NCBI GenBank assembly: GCA_032250835.1
Contig: JAVVEA010000015.1
Coordinates: 1-64,000, forward strand
Reading direction: 5' to 3'
DNA from: a bacterium
Lineage (GTDB): Bacteria; SAR324; XYD2-FULL-50-16
Length of the DNA stretch: 64,000 nucleotides
The translations under genes were made by a program, and so were the position numbers. Within the stretch, counting starts at the first letter, position 1, and the number at the start of each line of letters is the position of its first letter. Below, in pieces: positions 56,404 to 64,000 of the stretch. The notes beneath the pieces are model-generated. The model ran no database searches. It saw only the letters and a list, made by a program, of their open reading frames with translations, and was not told where the DNA came from.

Positions 56404-59400
56404 ATGAGCAAGCCCAAATATCCCGGTATCCGAACCACCACGAACGGCAACACTCTGGTTGCCTACTACACCGAAGCGCGCATTGCCGAGGCGGGGATTT
56501 TTTACCCCATCACACCCTCGACTGAAATGGGCGAAAACTTTCAGCTTTCCTTTGCCCAAGGGGAATTGAACGTCTTTGGTCAGGTCAAAATTGCCTTGGA
56601 AACCGAAGGTGAGCACGCGGCCCAGTCGGGCGCGATTGCCGCTTCGACGACTGGCAAACGGGTGGTCAACTTTACCTCCGGTCAAGGTGTGGTCTATGGC
56701 GCTGAGCCTTACTACCATGCCCCTAGTAAATTTAGCACCATGGTGCTCCAGATCGCGGCGCGCGCACTGACCAAGTCAGCGTTGAACGTCCACTGTGGAC
56801 ACGACGACGTCTATTCGGTCTTAGATACCGGCTGGACCATGTTGTTCGCTAAAGATGCCCAGCAGGCCTCGGATCAATCGATGATCCTGCGCCGGGTCAA
56901 TGAGCTGAGCCTCAACCCCGGCATCAACTGCCAAGACGGCTTCTTGACCAGCCACTTGGAGCGTACCTTCTTGATCCCCGAAGCCGAACTGATCCGCGAG
57001 TATCTGGGCCGTCCTGAGGACATGATCGACTGCCCCAATGAGTCGCAGCGTCAGTTATTCGGACCCAAGCGCCGCCGTGTTCCCATTGGCATGGACCTGA
57101 AGAGCCCCGTTTTGATGGGCCCCGTCCAAAACCAGGAACACTACATGGGGGGCGTGATCGCTCGGCGCAACCACTTCGTTGAGCCGATCTTAGGCTTTTT
57201 AGAGCAAGCCTACGAAGAATTTGGCAAACTGACGGGCCGCAACTATGGTTTGATCAGCCAGTACAACTGCGAAAAGGCGGATACCGTCTTCGTATCGCTA
57301 GGCTCCTCGGCTGAAAACATGGAAGCCGCCAGCGACTACCTTAAAGGTAAAGGCCAGGAATCCTTTGGGGTGATCCACCTCAACGTGATCCGCCCCTTCC
57401 CCGAGGCCGCAGTGGTCAACGCCCTGCGCGGTAAGAAGAATGTGGTTATCTTAGAGCGCATGGACGACCAGACCGCTTCAGATAACCCGATGGCCCGCGA
57501 CATCCGCACCGCTTTATCTAAGGCTCTGACCAATTCAAAGACCAAGGCCTTTGACTACCTGCCTTCGATCACCGATGCCGAAATGCCCCGCCTCTTCAGC
57601 GGCGTCTATGGTTTAGGCAGCCGCGACTTCCGCCCCGAAGGCGTGTTGGGTGCCTTTGACTTTGTGACCGGCAAGTCGGCCCGCCAGGATGGCAAGAAAG
57701 CCTCTGATGGCGTCAGCTTCTTCTACGTTGGGGTGGATCACCCCTACTCGGTTGAATCCCAAGACAAGCCTAGCCTCCTGCCGGACGGCTCTATCGCCAT
57801 CCGCTTCCACTCCATTGGTGGTTGGGGTGCGATCACGACCGGTAAAAACTTGGGCGAAATCATCGGTAGTATCTCTAACTACGTAGCCGAACGCGATGGG
57901 TTGTTTGAAGAGAATGGCTCCCCTAAAGAGGTCTTCCATATCTCGGCGAACCCTAAGTATGGCTCAGAAAAAAAGGGTGCCCCGACCAACTATTTCTTGG
58001 TCGCCGCTCCTGAGCGGATTCGGGTTAACTGTGATTTGCGCCACGTAGACGTGGTTCTTTGCTGCGACCCCAAGGCCTTCACCCACACCAACCCGCTCAA
58101 CGGGCTCAACCCCGGCGGCGCGTTGATTATCGAGACCGACGAAACCACTTCAGCAGGGCTCTGGGGCCGCATCCCCAAGCAGTACCGCCAGTGGATCATC
58201 GACAACCAAATCCGCATCTACGGCTTGGCCGGTTTTGCGGTGGCTCGCAACGCCACGGAGCGTGAAGACCTCCAGTACCGTATGCAGGGCAACAGCTTCT
58301 TGGGGGCCTTCTTTAAGGTCTCTCCGATGCTCAAGGATTACAACATCCCCGAAGATGGTTTCTTGGAAATCGTCGAGGCCCAGTACAACAAAAAGTTTGG
58401 ACGCTTCGGCGACGCCGTGGTGTCTTCAAACATGACCGTAATGACCGAAGGCTTTAAGGGCGTTTGGCAAGCCGAATACGGCCAAGTGGACGATGTCGAT
58501 GGCTCGGCCATGCGCGGTCCCCGCTTGCTTCCGGTTAGCGGTAAGGCTCGTTTCGACGAACATGACGAAAAAGGCAAGCAAACCGCTAAGGTTCCTTACC
58601 ACTCAGTTGAAGCCTACAATGCTGAGTTTAAGGCGGGCTACGGTTACGACCAGCCCTCTACGGTGTTGGCTTCGACCGGTGTGATGGCTGCGGCTTCTGC
58701 GGCGACTAACTCAAAGTATGTAAGCCGCCGCCGGGTGCCGATCTTTTACCCGGAAAACTGTACCCAGTGTATGGCCTGCATCACCTCCTGTCCCGATACG
58801 GCTATGCCGAACGCGGCCCAGGACATCAGCACTGTCTTGAAGGCGGCTATCTCTAATTACGTTAGCGATGCCGCTGCCGTTAAGGTTCTGCTAGACGCAG
58901 TCCCCAGCTTGGATCAGAGCCTACGCGAAGCGATGATGTCGCAGATTCAAGAGAACAAAAACGAGGCCAAGAGCTTTACCGTTCTGGTTTCAGAAGCCCT
59001 TAAGACGGTAGACGTCTCTGAAGCGGCTAAGCAAGAGTTGTTGGGCATCATCGAAAAGGTCCCCATGGCTTACGCCAAGAGCCGACCGATCTTCGAGTTG
59101 CCCGAAAAGAAAGAAAAAGGCGCAGGCGGCCTCTTCACCATCATGATCAGTGACCTCTGCAAGGGTTGCGGTGAGTGTGTGGTGGAATGTGGCGACCACA
59201 AAGCCCTTTCAATGATCGAAGAAACCGAAGAGATCAACGGTGAGCACGCCACGGGTATTGCCTTCTTAGACCTGCTGCCGGACACTTCTTCTAAGTTCTT
59301 GGGTAAGTTTGACGCGGCCAACATGGTGGAAACCTCTAAAGGGGTGCTGCACAACCACTTGATGATCCGCACCAACTATGACGCACTGGTTTCTGGTGAC

Positions 59401-60978
59401 GGTGCCTGTGCTGGTTGTGGTGAAAAAACCGTCCTTCGGGCTACGGCGACGATCACCGAAGCCTTCATGCGGCCTTTGTACCACGAGAAGGCCAACCGCC
59501 TTGAAGGCAAAGCTAAGAGCTTGGTTTCCGGTGGGGTTAAGATGCTGGCGGACCTCAAAGCCAAAGACGAAGAGGCCTACAAATGGTGGCGTGCAAGCTT
59601 GCTGCACCTAGTTATGGGCTTCGGCGGCGAGAACGAAAAAGACAGCTTGGTCCAGATGGAAGGCTTTGGTGGCGATGACGCCGAATTGATCAACGCCTTG
59701 GATCTGGTCTTGCGCCAAGACGCCTTCAACCACCGCGATTTGCGCGCTGTGGACGGTCGTTATGCCAACGGTATGAGTGTGATGATGATGACCAGTTCGA
59801 CTGGTTGTAACTCGGTTTATGGCTCAACCCACCCGAACAACCCGCACCAGTACCCCTGGATGAACAGCCTGTTCCAAGACAGCCCCACGCTGGCTTGGGC
59901 CTTTGGCGAAACCATGATCATGGACCACTCGAAACGCTCCGTATTACCTGAGCGGATCGCCGATGCCTTGATCGAAGGTAAGGGCTTGACCCAGACCCAG
60001 TACTTCCGTTTCACCCACTTTACCGATGCTGAGATGACCGATCAGGAAATCTTGGAACTGCCCAAGGTTTGGGCCATCGGTGGCGACGGCGCTATGGGGG
60101 ATATTGGTTTCCAGAACCTCTCTAAAGTGGTGCTGCAAAACCGGCCCAACGTGAAGTGTCTGATGCTCGATACCCAAGTCTACTCGAACACCGGCGGTCA
60201 GAACTCTGACTCTTCGGTAATGCCCGGTGGTTTCGACATGAACCAGTACGGTAAGGCTACCGAAGGCAAGATGATCGAGCGTAAGGAAGTGACCAGTATC
60301 CTGATGGCGGGCCATGGTAGCCCCTTTGTGGCACAGGTAAGTATGGCCAACTCGGCCAATCTCCTCAAGGCCGTCTTGGACGCGGTAACCTACCGTGGCA
60401 CGGCTTATATCCAAAGCTTCACCACCTGCCAGCCGGAGCATGGCGTGGCCGACGATGTGTCGACCGTACAAGCTCAGTTGGTGCGTGACTCACGGGCTAT
60501 GCCGGAACTGGTCTTTAATCCTTCAGAAGGGGAAACCTACTACGAGGCACTTTCTCTTAAGGGCAACCCGAACGCTAAAAACGACTGGTTGATCAAAAAA
60601 GACCCCGAAGGCAATCCTTACAACTACACCGTAGCCCACTGGGCGACCACCGAAGCCCGCTTCAGAAAGCACTTCTTTAAGGTCGAAAAGGGTGGCGAGG
60701 CGCAGTTGGAGCATTTGGATTCAGCCTTAGCACGCCTCAGCCAGGACGACGTGGTTTACCGCCGGTTCCTAATTCCCGGCCACCGTGCCTTTGTGCCGGA
60801 AAAGGGGGTGTATATTTTGGTTGAAAAGAAGGGCAAGATGGTCCCCATGGGCATCAGCCGTCAATTGGTCTTATTCTGCGTCGAGCGGCGTAAGAACTGG
60901 CGGATGTTGCAGTCTATGGCAGGCGTCCCCAACGAAGATTACAAAGCCCAACGCGAGCATTTAGCTTCGTTGAAGTAA
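56404..60978 (+). CDS. nifJ: Single-chain pyruvate:ferredoxin/flavodoxin oxidoreductase (NifJ-like, long form)
   Basis: YPITPS, FTSGQG, IAAR, YGLGSRDF, CTQCMACITSCP, CKGCGECVVEC, ACAGCGE, STGC, TPP motif GGDG...DTQVYSNTGGQ. Confidence 0.9.
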   Translation: MSKPKYPGIRTTTNGNTLVAYYTEARIAEAGIFYPITPSTEMGENFQLSFAQGELNVFGQVKIALETEGEHAAQSGAIAASTTGKRVVNFTSGQGVVYGAEPYYHAPSKFSTMVLQIAARALTKSALNVHCGHDDVYSVLDTGWTMLFAKDAQQASDQSMILRRVNELSLNPGINCQDGFLTSHLERTFLIPEAELIREYLGRPEDMIDCPNESQRQLFGPKRRRVPIGMDLKSPVLMGPVQNQEHYMGGVIARRNHFVEPILGFLEQAYEEFGKLTGRNYGLISQYNCEKADTVFVSLGSSAENMEAASDYLKGKGQESFGVIHLNVIRPFPEAAVVNALRGKKNVVILERMDDQTASDNPMARDIRTALSKALTNSKTKAFDYLPSITDAEMPRLFSGVYGLGSRDFRPEGVLGAFDFVTGKSARQDGKKASDGVSFFYVGVDHPYSVESQDKPSLLPDGSIAIRFHSIGGWGAITTGKNLGEIIGSISNYVAERDGLFEENGSPKEVFHISANPKYGSEKKGAPTNYFLVAAPERIRVNCDLRHVDVVLCCDPKAFTHTNPLNGLNPGGALIIETDETTSAGLWGRIPKQYRQWIIDNQIRIYGLAGFAVARNATEREDLQYRMQGNSFLGAFFKVSPMLKDYNIPEDGFLEIVEAQYNKKFGRFGDAVVSSNMTVMTEGFKGVWQAEYGQVDDVDGSAMRGPRLLPVSGKARFDEHDEKGKQTAKVPYHSVEAYNAEFKAGYGYDQPSTVLASTGVMAAASAATNSKYVSRRRVPIFYPENCTQCMACITSCPDTAMPNAAQDISTVLKAAISNYVSDAAAVKVLLDAVPSLDQSLREAMMSQIQENKNEAKSFTVLVSEALKTVDVSEAAKQELLGIIEKVPMAYAKSRPIFELPEKKEKGAGGLFTIMISDLCKGCGECVVECGDHKALSMIEETEEINGEHATGIAFLDLLPDTSSKFLGKFDAANMVETSKGVLHNHLMIRTNYDALVSGDGACAGCGEKTVLRATATITEAFMRPLYHEKANRLEGKAKSLVSGGVKMLADLKAKDEEAYKWWRASLLHLVMGFGGENEKDSLVQMEGFGGDDAELINALDLVLRQDAFNHRDLRAVDGRYANGMSVMMMTSSTGCNSVYGSTHPNNPHQYPWMNSLFQDSPTLAWAFGETMIMDHSKRSVLPERIADALIEGKGLTQTQYFRFTHFTDAEMTDQEILELPKVWAIGGDGAMGDIGFQNLSKVVLQNRPNVKCLMLDTQVYSNTGGQNSDSSVMPGGFDMNQYGKATEGKMIERKEVTSILMAGHGSPFVAQVSMANSANLLKAVLDAVTYRGTAYIQSFTTCQPEHGVADDVSTVQAQLVRDSRAMPELVFNPSEGETYYEALSLKGNPNAKNDWLIKKDPEGNPYNYTVAHWATTEARFRKHFFKVEKGGEAQLEHLDSALARLSQDDVVYRRFLIPGHRAFVPEKGVYILVEKKGKMVPMGISRQLVLFCVERRKNWRMLQSMAGVPNEDYKAQREHLASLK

Positions 60979-60994
60979 GCTTTTAGAAACCTAT

Positions 60995-61027
60995 AAAAAA
61001 GGGTCGCTTCGGCGGCCCTTTTTTTTT
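60995..61027 (+). terminator. Intrinsic terminator after PFOR
   Basis: GGGTCGC-TTCG-GCGGCCC followed by 9 T and preceded by A6. Confidence 0.9.
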
Positions 61028-61136
61028 GCCCTCCAGTTGGCTTGATTTAGGAAAACAAGGGGTTTATTAGCCTTCTATCGGTCATTCATTTTTTTGAGCC
61101 TTTTAATGGGCATTTCACCTGCGTCATCTGGCAACC

Positions 61137-61724
61137 ATGTCTGCTTTGTTGAGTGCGCTGCGCAAGGAGCCTGAACTCTCGAAAGTCTTAAGATCTCTGC
61201 TGGAAGACTCCCAGCCGAGGTTAGCCCTGATCCAAGAGCTATCCAAACATCGTTTGCTGTACTTTGCTTACGGTTCAAACCTCTTAAGCAGCCGTATCCA
61301 AGCGGCCAATCGGGCACCCGGTGCGGTCAGTCTCGGGGCCGCGCAACTGGAGGGACATTGTCTAGTTTTTGATCTGCCAGGGATGATCGAAGGGGAAACC
61401 GCAGGAGGCGGCGTGGCCAATATCCGGCCCAGTCCGGGGGCGTCGCTTTGGGGGGCTTTGTACTGGATGCCACAGCCGCAGCTGGTGCGGTTAAACAACC
61501 TAGAGGCCGGGTTTGGGTACCGCGTCTTGTTTGAGCCAGTAGTCAGCCCGGTCTTTGGGGTCTTAAAGGCCTATTATTATTTGGCTGAGGCTCAGTTGGT
61601 GGTCGAAGCTGCGCCTACAGAGGTCTACCGGCGGTATTTGATCGACGGAGCCTTGGAACAGAGGTTGCCCGAGGGGTATCGGCAGCAGCTTCAGAGTCAA
61701 ATGGACCGCCTACAGAAAGCATAA
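61137..61724 (+). CDS. Gamma-glutamylcyclotransferase family protein
   Basis: YFAYGSNL signature, ANIRP..G..LWGALY, LNNLE, PTEVY...LIDGA.E..LP..Y. Confidence 0.8.
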   Translation: MSALLSALRKEPELSKVLRSLLEDSQPRLALIQELSKHRLLYFAYGSNLLSSRIQAANRAPGAVSLGAAQLEGHCLVFDLPGMIEGETAGGGVANIRPSPGASLWGALYWMPQPQLVRLNNLEAGFGYRVLFEPVVSPVFGVLKAYYYLAEAQLVVEAAPTEVYRRYLIDGALEQRLPEGYRQQLQSQMDRLQKA

Positions 61725-61772
61725 AAAAAACCCCCAAACAAAGCCGGAATTTGGAGGGGCTCTGTTTGGGGG
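61723..61772 (-). terminator. Intrinsic terminator of the amtB-porin-PII unit
   Basis: 15-bp stem on the minus strand (CCCCCAAACAGAGCC / GGCTTTGTTTGGGGG, one G-U pair) followed by 8 T. Confidence 0.8.
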
Positions 61773-61859
61773 TCTTTAAAAAATCCTAACAACGGTGCCA
61801 AGCACCGTTTAACGGGGAGGGGCCTTGAAAAATAAAGCCCCACCTTTTCTTAGGATGAT

Positions 61860-62213
<354 letters not shown>

Positions 62214-62251
62214 TTATGGGTTATAGGCCCCGAAGGGCCCGGTTCCTTTTC

Positions 62252-62989
62252 TTAGAAGGAGTAGTCAACAGACATCCAGAATTCATTGTGCAGACGATCG
62301 GTTTTGTCGGTCTGCTGAACTACTTGGGTTTTGTTGAAGCTGGCGCTGGCCTGATCGTTGATGGCTTTCGACATCGACAGGGTGATGATGCCACTGGTTT
62401 CAGGAGCGATACCGGCGCCACCTAACCACTCGTGGTTGTAGGTACCACCACCGTAGGTGATGCCTACGTCATAGCCCAAAGCCGCGGTGCTGTAGCCAAT
62501 TTCGATCCAGTTTAGCATGATCGACTCGTCTGCTTTTTCGCCAGCACCCTTGGTGGAGGCATCAGGCAGAACTAAATACAAGGTAGCCGAGATCGCGTCC
62601 ATTCCGTAGCCAACAAAGACTTCGTTCTGGGTGCCGATGTTCTTGCCGTCAGCATCGGTGCCGAAGCTTTTCCAGTCATAAGAGTACATGGTCAAACCGA
62701 AGCTTAAACCAGATTCCATCTCATAGATAGCGTAGTAGTCGGTTTCGTGAGCACCCGAAGCAACCGCGTTCCAGTTACCCAAGGTCAAACCGGGCATAGC
62801 CGCGAAGGTGAAGTCCAAACCACCGCTGAACGAGGTGTTGTTGCCGTTTTGGGGCACACCACGCCAGATGTAGTTAGACAAGACGCTAGCGTTGCCAGCG
62901 ACGGAAACCGATTCTTCGGCGTAAAGGGTAGAGCCAAAGCCCATCAGGGCCAAACCGATTACCATGCCTTTAATTGCTTTGCTGAACAT
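62252..62989 (-). CDS. TorF-family (TIGR02001-like) putative outer-membrane porin
   Basis: Signal peptide, SNYIWRGVPQ, SGGLDF, ETDYY, amphipathic beta strands and C-terminal aromatic DYSF; AGGAG RBS. Confidence 0.75.
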   Translation of the reverse strand: MFSKAIKGMVIGLALMGFGSTLYAEESVSVAGNASVLSNYIWRGVPQNGNNTSFSGGLDFTFAAMPGLTLGNWNAVASGAHETDYYAIYEMESGLSFGLTMYSYDWKSFGTDADGKNIGTQNEVFVGYGMDAISATLYLVLPDASTKGAGEKADESIMLNWIEIGYSTAALGYDVGITYGGGTYNHEWLGGAGIAPETSGIITLSMSKAINDQASASFNKTQVVQQTDKTDRLHNEFWMSVDYSF

Positions 62990-63138
62990 GTGATATTCTC
63001 CTAAGAGTTTGTTATTAACGGGTTCCCCCCTGGGTTCGTGCGCCCAGGGGGTATGCCTGAACCATATGGTACCAAGCGCCCCGATGCGACCTTTGGGAAC
63101 CCTATGTTCCCTAAGTTTTATAAAGCCTAAAGGCTCGA

Positions 63139-64000
63139 TTAAGAGCGTGCCGTGAGGCTGCTGATGTTGAAGTCAGCATAAGCCGCAGCGCCGTGCTCGC
63201 TGTAATCCAAGCCAACCAATTCTTCTTCTTCGGTTACGCGGATGCCGATCGTCATGTCGATGAGCTTGATCAAGACAAAGCTGCTGCCGAAGGCCCAAGC
63301 ACCGATGCTCACCACACCGATGGCCTGATTGACCAACATACCAGCACCCCCGCCGTATAGTAGGCCGTTCTCGGCGTCAACCAAGCCCAGCAACAAGGTA
63401 CCGATGGCACCAACCACACCGTGAACACTGATCGCGCCGACGGGGTCGTCAATTTTCATGGCATCCAAGGCCAACACGCTGAAGACAACGGCCACGCCGC
63501 TGATTGCGCCGATAAACATAGCACCTACCGGGGTTACGTTAGCGCAACCGGCCGTGATACCGACCAGACCGGCCAAAGCACCGTTGAGGGTCATCCCGAC
63601 GTCCGCACGCTTGTACTTAGCGAAGGTGACGAAGAAGGCAATCAAAGCGCCCACCGCAGCAGACAAGGTGGTGGTCACCGCGATCAAGCCGATCGAGGTA
63701 TCAGCACCCATGGTCGAACCGGGGTTGAAGCCGTACCAGCCCATCCACAGGATGAACACACCCAAGGTAGCCAAGGGGATGTTGTGTCCGGGGATAGCGC
63801 GGGATTTGCCGTCTTCGGTGAACTTGCCGATGCGGGGGCCTAAGACCAACACAGCGGCCAGAGCAGCCCAGCCACCAACAGAGTGGACAATGGTAGAGCC
63901 GGCGAAGTCGGTAAAACCAACGTCACCCAACCAGCCACCGCCCCAGCCCCAGTGGCCAGAGATCGGGTAGATCACGGTGGTGACCAAAACAGAGATCACT
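63139..64000 (-). CDS. amtB: Ammonium transporter (5' part lies outside the window)
   Basis: DFAGSTIVHSVGG, GPRIGKF, GWYGFNPGS, NGALAGLVGITAGC, IDDPVGAISVHG (both pore His), EELVGLDYSEHG. Confidence 0.95.
   Translation of the reverse strand, partial: VISVLVTTVIYPISGHWGWGGGWLGDVGFTDFAGSTIVHSVGGWAALAAVLVLGPRIGKFTEDGKSRAIPGHNIPLATLGVFILWMGWYGFNPGSTMGADTSIGLIAVTTTLSAAVGALIAFFVTFAKYKRADVGMTLNGALAGLVGITAGCANVTPVGAMFIGAISGVAVVFSVLALDAMKIDDPVGAISVHGVVGAIGTLLLGLVDAENGLLYGGGAGMLVNQAIGVVSIGAWAFGSSFVLIKLIDMTIGIRVTEEEELVGLDYSEHGAAAYADFNISSLTARS

Overview
This is a 64 kb stretch of a bacterial chromosome: gene-dense, with about 60 CDS and no obvious GC discontinuity. I found no rRNA, tRNA, CRISPR array, transposase, integrase or phage genes. 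lpxD, TonB/ExbBD and a porin indicate a Gram-negative cell. The protein style resembles deltaproteobacteria-like lineages such as SAR324/'Lambdaproteobacteria', but that is an unverified impression. Housekeeping genes include gpmI, lpxD, rnc, an RluB-like pseudouridine synthase, ubiE/menG, tsaC, class II DAHP synthase, panB, leuA, lon, miaA, pyrC and purF. Signalling genes include a PAS/GAF kinase-receiver-glgC-ntrY-ntrX run, a His-less hybrid pseudokinase, a CHASE2 adenylate cyclase with a secreted FecR-like neighbour, two degenerate GGDEF proteins and two PTS EIIA proteins. There is also an exbB-exbD-tonB-DUF2062-larC(C-terminal only) operon, a secreted five-module Cys-capped pentapeptide-repeat protein and an amtB-porin-PII block. 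The most striking system is an 11-subunit complex I (nuoABCDHIJKLMN, no nuoEFG) followed directly by a 1524-aa single-chain pyruvate:ferredoxin oxidoreductase, which suggests a pyruvate-to-quinone proton-pumping module that bypasses NADH. All calls come from reading motifs by eye; no database searches or folding programs were run.
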